49,722 bases of DNA. Origin: a virus. Each line of letters opens with the position of its first letter. Position 1 is the stretch's first letter. This document shows positions 26,028 to 35,580 of this stretch, piece after piece. A program made the translations under genes and the position numbers. The DNA lies in the IMG/VR virus record IMGVR_UViG_3300045747_000037, positions 1 through 49,722 of that record. One strand, 5' to 3'. The notes beneath the pieces are model-generated. The model made no database searches. It had not been told where the DNA came from and saw only the letters and a program-made list of their open reading frames with translations.

Positions 26028-29000
26028 TGGCTTCCAACGATGGATGGGAAACAGTAGCTCCCCCTCCCACTGCTGCTAGTGCTCCTTCTGGCAATGATGG
26101 CTGGGAGACTGTTGCTCCTAGTAGCTCACAGGATGAGCCTATTAAGGCTGCTGCTAAGCCCAGTATGGGTGCTTCCTTCTTAGCTGGTACTGCCTCTGCT
26201 CTTGACTTTCCTCTCTCTGCTCCCGGCTTTGTAGCCGCTACTGCTGCTGAGTTGGCTACTACCACAGGTGGTATGTTGGCATCTCCCTTTACTGGAGAGA
26301 CTTCTAAGCAAGCCTATGGTCGTGGTGCTAAGGTGGGTGAGGCTGTTGGTGGTGCACTGATGAACCCCATGCAGAAGATCATGTCCATGTTTGATGGTGC
26401 AGAGGCTTATGCTGCTGCTCCTCTCCCACAGGCTATGTCTTGGTTTGGTGAGAAGCTACAAGCTGGTGGTAAGAAGCTTGAAGAGAAGACTGGTATCCCT
26501 TCCGAGTCAGTTCCTTTGATGGCTAACTTTGGTATGTCCGTAGCTGGTACCAAGGGTGGCGCTGCTGCTATTAGCAAAGGAAAAGAGATGGTCAAGGGGT
26601 CGGGTACCCCTGAGAGATCAAAGGCTCCTACAGGCGATATTCCACCTAAGCCTCCCGAAGATTCTTCCCCCCAAGAGAAGGCTGCTTTCATTGATGACTT
26701 GAAGAAGACTCTCAAGGAACGTGCAGACAAGCTCCCTGTTGTTGAAGCTGCTATTAGGAACAAGGAAACTGGTGCCATAGAACGTATGGGACCGAAGCAT
26801 GATGAAGCACGTAAAGCGGAAACAGTTGACACACACGAACAAGGCTTTGTTGATGAGAAGGGAAACTTTCTCACTAGGCAAGAGGCTTGGAACCGTGCTA
26901 AGAAGACTGGACAGATACCTGAAGGTCAGATCCCAGAACGTCCAAAGGAAGGCTTACACAGTGGCGACTTACGCACTGCTGGTGACGAACGGTTTAAGGT
27001 AACTCCCGAACAACCTACTGGGGAACCTAAGCCTATAGCAGAACCTACCAAGCCCGTGACTCGTGATGAGCATAGGATGGAGATTGCTAATCTCGATACA
27101 CAGATGCACGAGGAAATGATCAAGAGCCTTGAAGCTGGTATCAAGGGTGACAACGAACTAGCTGCTAGGCATGATTCCAAGTTTGCTGAGTTGCAGAAGC
27201 AGGTTGATCAGTTGAAGAAAGATATGCCTGCTGCTACCTTCAAGGACAAGGCTGCTCCTACTTGGGAAGAGGTGCATGATCTTACTTGGGATGCCAAGAA
27301 CATTGGTGAGGTGTTTGACCGTATCCAAGCTTCTGACATTGGTGGTGCAGGACAGAAGGCTCTTGTAGCTGCTCTTAACAAGTCCTCTTACATCCGTAGT
27401 ACTGGGTTCATGCCACGAGACATGCGCTTAGAATTTACAGACAAGTCTGGTACATCCCAACCTGCTATTGGGTTCTATCACCCTGACTCGCATAGCATTG
27501 ATCTTGGACAGGGTGGTGGTGTCACTACTATCCTCCATGAAGCTATCCATGCTGGTACCCACAAGCTCATTGAAGCTGGTAACACCAAGGCTGCTAAGGA
27601 ACTAACTCGTTTATATGACTTGCATAAGCAACGTGCTGAAGGTAAGTACGAGAAGGACTTGGAACAGTTCAAACTCAATAACCCCAATGCAACCATCAAG
27701 CAGCTTAAAGAGTTTGAGAAGACTAACAAGCTTGACTACGGTTTTGAGAACACACATGAGTTCATTGCAGAAGCTTTCACCAACGGTAAGTTCCGTAATC
27801 TCTTAGCTGAGATCCCTAGTGATAGCACCAAGCCTCTATCCAAGCTGAACAACCTGTGGACTAAGTTCAAGGAAGCTATTGCTGATGGCTTGGGTGTTAA
27901 GGACCGTACCTCTCTTGATGATGTCTTGGATCAGGGCATCAAGATCATTGAGAAGTCCAAGACTCTTGACAAGGCTGCTAAGGGTGATGTTACTAGTATC
28001 AAGGAGGTCACTGCTGAAGCTCTAGCCTCTAGGATGTCAAAGGACATTCATAAGGAGTTGGAGCGTGAGGGCATACCTGTAGCCCATGACTCCCCCCATA
28101 AGTTTGGGATGTTCAACTGGATCAAACATGCTCTCTCTGGTGAGGGTGCTATGGTCAAGGGTGCTGGTACATACCTGTCCACTGGGAATGTGCAGTCCAA
28201 GTACTACCATGAGATGGCTAAAGGCAGAGCTATAGAAAAGGCTGGAAACGACTTCAAAGACAAGTGGGGCTTTGATCCAATAGACCTCACCTTTATGCGA
28301 GACATGGTAAAGAAGAATGAGGATTGGGTAGCTGAACACACTCGTATGGCTGCTTACACGTATGAAGAGTATCTGGCTGACACTAACTCCAATATGTGGC
28401 GGGGTAAGACCAAGGAAGACTACAACTCATTTATAGAAGACCAAAAAGCACATGCTAAACAGTGGCAAAAAGAACTTGATAAAAAGAAACAAGAATACTC
28501 TGCTATCCCGGAGAGTGCTCGTGCAGATGCTGCTGCTTTGCGTGATACTAAGGTACCCACTTACCACTCTTCTTTAGATGCTAAACCTGAGCAGCTACTT
28601 GATTGGAACTCTACCAAGCAAAGTGGGTTGGTCAATAGAGCCTTTGAAGCATTGGGTATTCAAACCAAGACTACCATTGCTGAAGAGAAGTGGAGTTGGA
28701 CAATACAGAAGCTGGTTGGTGGTGGAGAGCAGATGATCCATCATGGAGCCTTTGTAGACTCCTCCAACAAACCCCAGAGATGGACCATCACAAGACAAGG
28801 TGCTGGGTATCGCTACACTAACAATGCTAGCCCTAGGGAAGGCATTGCACGGACACTTGAAGAGGCTAAACAAGGTGTGCGGGATAGCATTGAACAGGCT
28901 AAGGATGGAGAACGTCTATATAGTGAGTTGTCCAAGAAGTTTGAACCCCAAGGTGAAGCTCGTGGGCACCTGACAGAAGGAGAAGCTCAAAACATTGGTG

Positions 29001-31396
29001 ATACCAAGGCTTCTATTGCTCTTGCTGAACAAGGTGTTATTGGTAACGTCCACGATGCTGCTGGTGGTAAAGAGACAAAGAATCGCAACTACGTTGTCTA
29101 TGATGACACCAAGATCAAACAGAACTTCGTTGGTCTAGCTTCCAAGGCTGAAGAGATCAAACCACCCATCGACACTACCAAGACTGATCCACGTGATGTC
29201 AAGTCTCCTGAAGAGTTTCACGAGATTGCTGCTGACATCTTGGAGAAGCACGGTGAGGTTGAGGCTGTCAAGTTCTATGAGGGCTATAAGGCTTATCAAA
29301 AGACTTGGTTAGAACCTGTTGGTGAGACTGAGAAGTTTGTTGGCATGAACTTGAAGAACAAGTTAGCCAATGAACGGATCATCCATAACCAGAAGGACAA
29401 GATCCTCCAAGAGCTTCCTGATGTTAAGAGCCGTGAGCGTGTTGCTCTAGCTGTTGATGCTGGTGATCTGTCGATGCTTACTGATGCTGAGAAGGCAGTG
29501 GCTACCAAGTACTCTAACCTTGTTAGAGACATTGGTGAACGTGCTGTGGAGCATGGTGTGGTTAAGGGTCTCTTGGAAGACTACGTTACTCACATCGTTG
29601 ATTGGACTGGTGCTCCCAAGGATGCTAAGACAGAGTTCATTGAAGCATTGCTAGGAACACAACAACGTGACCCCTCAATGAGGGGGATGGATGTTACTAG
29701 TAAATTCGGTAAGCAACGTACCTTCAAGACCTTTGCTGACTTGCAAGAGTACATCGACAAGGCTAACGAACGTATTGCTGCTGCTGGTAAGTCTGACTTC
29801 CGTTTGAAGATCAAGACACACGACATCGCAGACTTGTACAAGGAGTACGCTCTCTCAATGGAGAAGGCGATTGAGAACAAGAAGCTCATTGACAACCTCA
29901 AACAGGTTCGTAACCCTGCTGGTGAACCTTGGGTACGTGAAGTAACCAAAGAAGACCCTCTGCGTAGAGGCTTTGCTCTCATTGATAGTCCTCAGTTCTC
30001 TGGGTACTCCGTGCATGAGAACATGGTCCCTGCTTTGAAGTTTGTGTTTGATGCTGGTCCCGGTGACTTGATGAAGGCTCTAGGTGCTATCTCTAACCTT
30101 ACCAAGAGGATGAACGTCATTGGTTCTTTCTTCCATGCAAAGTCTCTCATGGAAGTTATCTCTGGTTCTCAGATCCCAATCTGGTCTCCCCTCAAGGAGG
30201 TCACTCTAGGTGGTGTGGACAAGTTACTAGGAACAAAGTACTCTGGTATCACCAAGGCTGTTGATCAGTACCGTAATGGTGGTGCTGGGGATAACATTGA
30301 TCGTTGGATCAAGGAAAGTGGCTTACAGCTTGAGATCCCAGAGGATGTCTCTACTGGTGTGATCACTGCGACTGGTAAGTTTGCTGATGAGATGATTGGC
30401 AAGTACGGTCCTAAGGGCCGTGTGTTGGAGAAGTCTTTGGGTACTGTTGAGAAGTACACCTTGGGTTACTTCGATAAGTTCACTTGGGACTTCCTCCATA
30501 CTGGTGGCAAGATCATGGTGGCTGATGCCAAGTTGGATCAGGCTAGGCAACAAGCTGCTAAGGCAGGTAAACCATTTGATGAGGCTGCTGCTCGTAAAGA
30601 GATTGCTAACTTCGTCAATGACTCCTTTGGTGGATTAAATTGGTTTGATGCTGCTACTTCTGCTCGTACCAAGATTGGTAAAGAGCTAGCCATGTCTACC
30701 ATGTCTCCTCAAGGTCGTAGGGGTCTTCAGGTGTTGTTGTTTGCTCCTGACTGGACACTCTCAACATTGAGGGCGTTCACTGCTGCTCTACCTTCTAAGT
30801 TGAACCCTTTGAAGTGGCATCCTGTTGAAGGTATCAAGGGCATGACAGTCCCAACTACCAAAGCAGACTACGCTAGGTTGTACCAGTTCAAGACAGCATT
30901 GACGTACCTTACCTTGTTGAATGCTATCAATCAGATCACTGCTAACCGCAACATCTGGGACAACAAAGATCCGACTCGTATCGAGTGGCCTGATGGGACA
31001 TCCATGCAGGCAATGAAACACGCTATGGAACCCTTCCACTGGATGATGGACCCTGACAAGACGTTTGCTAACAAGCTAGGGTTTATTCCAAAGGCAATGG
31101 TTGTTGGCTTTGCTGGTGTTGAGTACGCCTCTCCTAATGCTCAGAAGCTTGTTGATCCTAGTGGTCCGGGTAGGTTGAAGGCTGTGGGTCAGATGGTTCT
31201 TCCGTTCCAAGCTCAGGCTGCTGTTGGTGCTCCTGAAGGTGAGGGTGCTAAGAGGGCGTTACTAGGAACATTGGGCTTCCCTGTCTACGGCTCTACCAAA
31301 GAGCAGAAGAAGGAAGCTAGAGCAGCACGAGAGAAGGCACTCAAGAAGGCTGCTAAAGAGTACCATCAGAAAGCTAAAGAGAAGGGTTGGGAATAA
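26027..31396 (+). CDS. Giant (1789-aa) internal virion / DNA-ejection protein with a zincin-like HExxH motif
   Basis: Longest ORF in the window. HEAIH at 27536-27550 is followed by NTHEFIAEAF. N-terminal NDGWETVAP x2. Sits in the ejection-protein position. Confidence 0.7.
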   Translation: MASNDGWETVAPPPTAASAPSGNDGWETVAPSSSQDEPIKAAAKPSMGASFLAGTASALDFPLSAPGFVAATAAELATTTGGMLASPFTGETSKQAYGRGAKVGEAVGGALMNPMQKIMSMFDGAEAYAAAPLPQAMSWFGEKLQAGGKKLEEKTGIPSESVPLMANFGMSVAGTKGGAAAISKGKEMVKGSGTPERSKAPTGDIPPKPPEDSSPQEKAAFIDDLKKTLKERADKLPVVEAAIRNKETGAIERMGPKHDEARKAETVDTHEQGFVDEKGNFLTRQEAWNRAKKTGQIPEGQIPERPKEGLHSGDLRTAGDERFKVTPEQPTGEPKPIAEPTKPVTRDEHRMEIANLDTQMHEEMIKSLEAGIKGDNELAARHDSKFAELQKQVDQLKKDMPAATFKDKAAPTWEEVHDLTWDAKNIGEVFDRIQASDIGGAGQKALVAALNKSSYIRSTGFMPRDMRLEFTDKSGTSQPAIGFYHPDSHSIDLGQGGGVTTILHEAIHAGTHKLIEAGNTKAAKELTRLYDLHKQRAEGKYEKDLEQFKLNNPNATIKQLKEFEKTNKLDYGFENTHEFIAEAFTNGKFRNLLAEIPSDSTKPLSKLNNLWTKFKEAIADGLGVKDRTSLDDVLDQGIKIIEKSKTLDKAAKGDVTSIKEVTAEALASRMSKDIHKELEREGIPVAHDSPHKFGMFNWIKHALSGEGAMVKGAGTYLSTGNVQSKYYHEMAKGRAIEKAGNDFKDKWGFDPIDLTFMRDMVKKNEDWVAEHTRMAAYTYEEYLADTNSNMWRGKTKEDYNSFIEDQKAHAKQWQKELDKKKQEYSAIPESARADAAALRDTKVPTYHSSLDAKPEQLLDWNSTKQSGLVNRAFEALGIQTKTTIAEEKWSWTIQKLVGGGEQMIHHGAFVDSSNKPQRWTITRQGAGYRYTNNASPREGIARTLEEAKQGVRDSIEQAKDGERLYSELSKKFEPQGEARGHLTEGEAQNIGDTKASIALAEQGVIGNVHDAAGGKETKNRNYVVYDDTKIKQNFVGLASKAEEIKPPIDTTKTDPRDVKSPEEFHEIAADILEKHGEVEAVKFYEGYKAYQKTWLEPVGETEKFVGMNLKNKLANERIIHNQKDKILQELPDVKSRERVALAVDAGDLSMLTDAEKAVATKYSNLVRDIGERAVEHGVVKGLLEDYVTHIVDWTGAPKDAKTEFIEALLGTQQRDPSMRGMDVTSKFGKQRTFKTFADLQEYIDKANERIAAAGKSDFRLKIKTHDIADLYKEYALSMEKAIENKKLIDNLKQVRNPAGEPWVREVTKEDPLRRGFALIDSPQFSGYSVHENMVPALKFVFDAGPGDLMKALGAISNLTKRMNVIGSFFHAKSLMEVISGSQIPIWSPLKEVTLGGVDKLLGTKYSGITKAVDQYRNGGAGDNIDRWIKESGLQLEIPEDVSTGVITATGKFADEMIGKYGPKGRVLEKSLGTVEKYTLGYFDKFTWDFLHTGGKIMVADAKLDQARQQAAKAGKPFDEAAARKEIANFVNDSFGGLNWFDAATSARTKIGKELAMSTMSPQGRRGLQVLLFAPDWTLSTLRAFTAALPSKLNPLKWHPVEGIKGMTVPTTKADYARLYQFKTALTYLTLLNAINQITANRNIWDNKDPTRIEWPDGTSMQAMKHAMEPFHWMMDPDKTFANKLGFIPKAMVVGFAGVEYASPNAQKLVDPSGPGRLKAVGQMVLPFQAQAAVGAPEGEGAKRALLGTLGFPVYGSTKEQKKEARAAREKALKKAAKEYHQKAKEKGWE

Positions 31397-32733
31397 TGCT
31401 TAACGTCCTCATCATTGATGCGACTGGTGTATGCCTAGACCTTGCTATGAGGTGCAAGGTTTATGGGCATAATGTTCGTGCATACATTCGCAACGATAGG
31501 ACTGGGGTTAGATCTCGTACTGGTGATGGACTGATTGAGCGTGTCTCTGATTGGGAAGCTCACATGAACTGGGCTGATCTCATCTTCTGTACTGACAACC
31601 TCTTCTACTTACATCAGTTGGAACGCTATAGGGACAAAGGCTACCCTATTCTTGGTCCTAGTATTGACACTAACCGTTGGGAACAAGACCGTCAGCATGG
31701 TGCAGATGTCTTTGAGAAGGCGGGTATCCCTGTCATCCCTTCTGTGGAGTTCACTAGCTATGACGATGCCATAAGTTTTGTTATCAAGAATAACAAACGT
31801 TATGTTTCTAAGCCGTTAGGTGACGGAGATAAGGCTCTTAGCTACGTATCAAAGACTGCTGCTGACATGGTGTTCATGCTTCAGAAGTGGAAGAAGAGTA
31901 ACGCCTACAAAGGTTCTTTCATACTTCAGGAGTTTCATGGTGGTATTGAGATTGCTGTTGGTGGTTGGTTTGGTAGCAATGGTTTCTCTAAACACTTCTG
32001 TATCAACCACGAGTTTAAGAAGCTACTTGCTGGGGACTTAGGAGTATCTACTGGAGAAGAAGGTACAATCTTGTACTATGTACAAGATTCTCTGTTAGCA
32101 GATAAGGTACTCAAACCATTAGAGTCAATGCTAATGGGCTTAGGGTATACCGGGTACATAGATGTCAACTGCATTGTTGATGACAAAGGTACTCCTTGGC
32201 CTTTAGAGTTCACCATGAGACCGGGATGGCCTCTCTTTATGATCCAACAAGCTCTTCATAAGGGTGATCCTTGTCAATGGATGTTAGACCTCATTGGTGG
32301 CAAAGACACTCTACGTGTCTCTGATAAGATTGCTTGCGGTGTAGTGATTACTATGCCACCCTATCCTCACGACAAGGGTACTCCTCAAGACGAACACATT
32401 GGGTATCCCATGTTTGATCTTACCGAAGAGGATGTTACTAAGAACGTTCATCTTGCTTCTGTGAAGTGGGGTACTGCTCCGGCTATGGTTGATGGTAAGG
32501 TCAAGTTGAAGCACGAGCAGTTTGTTACTGCTGGGAACTACGTTTGTATTGTTACTGGTGTAGGTGACTCTGTTGAAGGCGCTAGTGAGGATTGCTACAC
32601 CCGCATCAAGAAGAAGATCCACATACCTAATTCGATTGGGTACAGAAATGACATTGGACGTAGGTTAAAGGATCAACTTCCTATTCTCAACACTATGGGC
32701 TACTCAGACAAGGTGTACGAAGATGGCGACTAA
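31396..32733 (+). CDS. ATP-grasp protein, PurD (GAR synthetase)-like
   Basis: Collinear with PurD: LGPS...WEQDRQHGADVFEKAGIPV, NHEFKKLLAGDLGVSTGEEG, GYTGYIDVNCIVDDKGTPWPLEFTMRPGWP, and YVCIVTGVGDSVEGA...GYRNDIG. The N-terminal GGREHA-type loop is not conserved. Confidence 0.7.
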   Translation: MLNVLIIDATGVCLDLAMRCKVYGHNVRAYIRNDRTGVRSRTGDGLIERVSDWEAHMNWADLIFCTDNLFYLHQLERYRDKGYPILGPSIDTNRWEQDRQHGADVFEKAGIPVIPSVEFTSYDDAISFVIKNNKRYVSKPLGDGDKALSYVSKTAADMVFMLQKWKKSNAYKGSFILQEFHGGIEIAVGGWFGSNGFSKHFCINHEFKKLLAGDLGVSTGEEGTILYYVQDSLLADKVLKPLESMLMGLGYTGYIDVNCIVDDKGTPWPLEFTMRPGWPLFMIQQALHKGDPCQWMLDLIGGKDTLRVSDKIACGVVITMPPYPHDKGTPQDEHIGYPMFDLTEEDVTKNVHLASVKWGTAPAMVDGKVKLKHEQFVTAGNYVCIVTGVGDSVEGASEDCYTRIKKKIHIPNSIGYRNDIGRRLKDQLPILNTMGYSDKVYEDGD

Positions 32734-33139
32734 TCTACCTAATGTTCCAATACCCCAAGACAAGATTGGGGAGAGCTTTGTTTGGAGAGACTGGTTTCAA
32801 CGCCTAGGTAATCGTGTCTTTGGAAGTATGTCGGCTCAGAATACCAACGCTGTCTTTATTACTGGTGGTACTGTTGATAACACTGTTGTTGGTAGTGTTA
32901 CTCCTGCTGCTGGTACCTTTACTGCTTTAACTGGCACCTTTACTGGTGGAAGCATAAACAATACTCCTATAGGAGCAACCACTCCAAGCACTATTAAAGG
33001 TACTACAGTACAAGCTAGCACTGTTGCTGGATTTAAGAGTAGTGACGGTAGTACTGGATACACAGGAACAATAACCACTGCTTCTCTTGTTGGTAAGACC
33101 GTTACCATCAAAGATGGCATCATTACGAACATAGCATGA
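32723..33139 (+). CDS. Small fibre-like protein
   Basis: ITGGTVDNTVVGSVTPAAGTFTALTGTFTGGSINNTPIGATTPS is a fibre-type repeat. Confidence 0.55.
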   Translation: MATNLPNVPIPQDKIGESFVWRDWFQRLGNRVFGSMSAQNTNAVFITGGTVDNTVVGSVTPAAGTFTALTGTFTGGSINNTPIGATTPSTIKGTTVQASTVAGFKSSDGSTGYTGTITTASLVGKTVTIKDGIITNIA

Positions 33140-33597
33140 ACATGATCTTCTCTTCAAATGGGTTAGAGATTCTCAAACGTTTAGAGGGATTCTCTGCTAC
33201 AGCTTACCCAGATGCTGCTGGTAAGCAGACTATTGGGTACGGGCACTTAATAGTTAAAGATGATGATCTTCCTAGCACTGGGTCAATTAGCTTTGAGAAG
33301 GCTACGGAGCTTTTGGAACAGGATGTGCAGAAGGCCATTGACTGCGTAAACAACTGTGTTACTAGTAACCTCACTCAGAATCAGTTTGATGCTTTGGTGA
33401 TTTTTACCTACAATGTTGGTACCAATGCTCTTCAGAACTCAACCTTATTAGACTTGATCAATGCGGGTAAGTTGGAAGATGCTTCTGATCAACTACCTCG
33501 TTGGTGTAAGGTACATACAAAGCAAGGTGCTTTCGTTGAAATAGCTGGATTAAGAAATCGTAGGTTAGCAGAACAGGATCTATTTGATCTTGCGTAA
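33136..33597 (+). CDS. Endolysin, GH24 (T4/lambda lysozyme-type) muramidase
   Basis: LKRLEGFSATAYPDAAGKQTIGYGH...NQFDALVIFTYNVG is the catalytic E-D-T region pattern. No N-terminal signal or SAR segment. Confidence 0.85.
   Translation: MNMIFSSNGLEILKRLEGFSATAYPDAAGKQTIGYGHLIVKDDDLPSTGSISFEKATELLEQDVQKAIDCVNNCVTSNLTQNQFDALVIFTYNVGTNALQNSTLLDLINAGKLEDASDQLPRWCKVHTKQGAFVEIAGLRNRRLAEQDLFDLA
33358..33369. repeat. GTTACTAGTAAC palindrome, copy 6 (in the endolysin gene, read V-T-S-N)
   Basis: Exact string, in frame (CVTSNLTQ). Confidence 0.95.
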
Positions 33598-33599
33598 AT

Positions 33600-33983
33600 A
33601 TGCACCAAGATGTCCCTAACGATGAACTCTTGTCTGACTCTGATTTCATACGTCTGGACTTCGACGTGACTCAACGCGACCAACGCACGACAGATAAGGA
33701 AATCATTGAGTTGGTCAGACAGATGTTTGTGGAACTTCGACAAATGCGACAAGACTTGCACCTTCACATCCAAGACGAAAAGGCAGTGATTACCCATGCC
33801 TTCCCCAATGCTGACCCAGTCGGACACCGTGCAGCGCATGACGCATGGATACGCAAGGCTGAAGCACAGGCAAAGTTCTGGGAAACGCTGTACACCACAT
33901 TGCGTATTGGGGGTATCGTGTCTTTGCTTGGTTTTCTATTGGTAGCAGGCTGGGAAGTTTTCTTGAGAGGTCCACCCAAATGA
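33600..33983 (+). CDS. Lysis-cassette protein with a C-terminal transmembrane segment
   Basis: The TM-like stretch is IGGIVSLLGFLLVAGWEVFL. ATGA-coupled to the next gene. Confidence 0.55.
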   Translation: MHQDVPNDELLSDSDFIRLDFDVTQRDQRTTDKEIIELVRQMFVELRQMRQDLHLHIQDEKAVITHAFPNADPVGHRAAHDAWIRKAEAQAKFWETLYTTLRIGGIVSLLGFLLVAGWEVFLRGPPK

Positions 33984-34198
33984 ACTTCTCGGAAGTAAAT
34001 GTTGATGATCCCAGATGGACCGACAGGGAAAGGCTTGTGTTCAATCACCTTTTCCGTACACGCCAGCGGTACATTGACGAGAACCGCAGGCTTGAAGCCC
34101 ACGGAATGTCTAAAGCTATATTCGTCATGGCGAACGTGTTGGAAGCTTATATCAACGCTCAGGTCACAAGCTCTGATCTTTTCCAAACAAAGCTATGA
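33980..34198 (+). CDS. Hypothetical protein (lysis cassette)
   Basis: ATGA overlaps at both ends. Confidence 0.5.
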   Translation: MNFSEVNVDDPRWTDRERLVFNHLFRTRQRYIDENRRLEAHGMSKAIFVMANVLEAYINAQVTSSDLFQTKL

Positions 34199-34392
34199 AG
34201 CACCCGTTTACCATCACACCCCACGCGCTTAAACAGCAGCTTGAAGCATTGAAAGAACTGCTCGATAAACGGGACAAGGTGTGGAAGGAATCTTTTGCTG
34301 ACACTGAGCGATTGCCTAAAGGCGATGAATGCACAGCTTTCGATGATGACGAGTTGGATGAGATTCGTAAGATTGAGAGACACAGGCCATGA
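34195..34392 (+). CDS. Hypothetical protein (lysis cassette)
   Basis: ATGA overlaps at both ends. Hydrophilic and acidic. Confidence 0.5.
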   Translation: MKHPFTITPHALKQQLEALKELLDKRDKVWKESFADTERLPKGDECTAFDDDELDEIRKIERHRP

Positions 34393-34583
34393 ACTTACAA
34401 AAGCTTGGTGGTCGTCGATTCTTATTGACAGTGATGGCTGGATGGCTAGCAACGTGGTTGCAGTACAGCGGAAAGCTGGACCCCGCAGGAGCTAACTACA
34501 TGCTTGTCGTTATTGGGACTGTCGGTGCTTACATCACTGGCAACGTGTTCGAAAACAAGCATAACGTCGAGAACGCCAAATGA
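34389..34583 (+). CDS. Holin candidate (64 aa, two TM segments)
   Basis: FLLTVMAGWLATWLQY and YMLVVIGTVGAYITGNVF, with a charged C-terminus. Confidence 0.5.
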   Translation: MNLQKLGGRRFLLTVMAGWLATWLQYSGKLDPAGANYMLVVIGTVGAYITGNVFENKHNVENAK

Positions 34584-35071
34584 AATATCTTTACGCCCCT
34601 CTAGTTGGTTTTATCATCATGGTGTTGAATCTATTGGCCCCACTATTGGTGCTGCTAGTATTGCCCTTTGCCCGTTGGGATGCGGAGCCGACAGACGGAT
34701 ACCTTCGTGGTGATCTACCCGACTGGGCATCATGGCTATCCACACCAGATGAGCGTTTACCCGGTGGCTTGTACGAGCCAGCACACCTCGCTTTGTTTGA
34801 GAAGTACGGCAAGTGGGTTGCAAGCTGGGTATGGTTGGGCTGGAGAAACCCATTGTTCGGGCTGTCATTCACATTCGGCAAACCCGCTATTGACTACATG
34901 CCTGAGATGGTGGCGATGACTGGGTTGTGGGAAAGGGCTGAGGATGCTATCTGGCAGTACGGAGCACGGCTAGGTTCGCTCAAATTTGCTTGTGGGTACA
35001 AGGTCTATAGATTGCCGATTGGCAGTTTCTGGGCCGTGCCTTGTTTCACTGTAATGAATCGGCCTATATGA
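34580..35071 (+). CDS. Membrane protein (N-terminal TM), lysis-cassette associated
   Basis: LVGFIIMVLNLLAPLLVLLVLPF. ATGA overlaps at both ends. Confidence 0.55.
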   Translation: MKYLYAPLVGFIIMVLNLLAPLLVLLVLPFARWDAEPTDGYLRGDLPDWASWLSTPDERLPGGLYEPAHLALFEKYGKWVASWVWLGWRNPLFGLSFTFGKPAIDYMPEMVAMTGLWERAEDAIWQYGARLGSLKFACGYKVYRLPIGSFWAVPCFTVMNRPI

Positions 35072-35499
35072 ACCCATTACTCATCTCTGCCTTGATTGCT
35101 GGTGCTTTAGGGTTTGGTTCTGCATGGACTTGGCAAGGATATAGGCAAGATGCCTACAAACTGGAGATTTCAAATGAACGTATTGCAACTGAAGCAGCAA
35201 ATAGAAAAGCTTTGGCAGATGCTCAAAGCAAAGTTACTGCTGCTCAAGCAGAATCCCAAGCTGCTACTGATAGGGTTAAGCGTGATGCTGTTGGTGCTAG
35301 TCGTTCTGCTGTCGGGGTGCGCGACTCACTCGCCAATGCCGTGCGAACCGCTGCCACCGATCTCACCTCCTGTACCGCCCAAGTCGCTACCCTCAGTGAG
35401 CTACTCGCTGGAAGTACAGACTTGGCTAGAAGGCTTGCAACAGAAGCTGATGACTGGGCCATCCAAGCCGTGACTCTTCAACAAGCATGGCCCAAGTAA
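35068..35499 (+). CDS. i-spanin (Rz-like)
   Basis: N-terminal TM MNPLLISALIAGALGFGSAW followed by an A/Q/E-rich coiled coil. It contains the o-spanin in the +1 frame. ATG 35068 (ATGA) is preferred to 35041. Confidence 0.65.
   Translation: MNPLLISALIAGALGFGSAWTWQGYRQDAYKLEISNERIATEAANRKALADAQSKVTAAQAESQAATDRVKRDAVGASRSAVGVRDSLANAVRTAATDLTSCTAQVATLSELLAGSTDLARRLATEADDWAIQAVTLQQAWPK
35285..35473 (+). CDS. o-spanin (Rz1-like lipoprotein), fully embedded in the i-spanin gene
   Basis: MLLVLVVLLSGC is a lipobox, followed by the Pro-rich mature part ATHSPMPCEPLPPISPPVPP. This is the internal Met of track ORF 35114-35473. Confidence 0.7.
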   Translation: MLLVLVVLLSGCATHSPMPCEPLPPISPPVPPKSLPSVSYSLEVQTWLEGLQQKLMTGPSKP

Positions 35500-35580
35500 C
35501 TTGTGGTATACTGATTACCTCCCTTGGCACTAGTCCCCTCCACGAGGGGTGCTTATCGTAGCAGTTGTCCTAGTGTCTTA

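Noticed and set aside
35114-35284. The N-terminal 57 codons of track ORF 35114-35473
   Set aside because: Only the part from Met-58 has signal-peptide, lipobox and Pro-rich features of an o-spanin. The upstream part is an off-frame read of the i-spanin gene.
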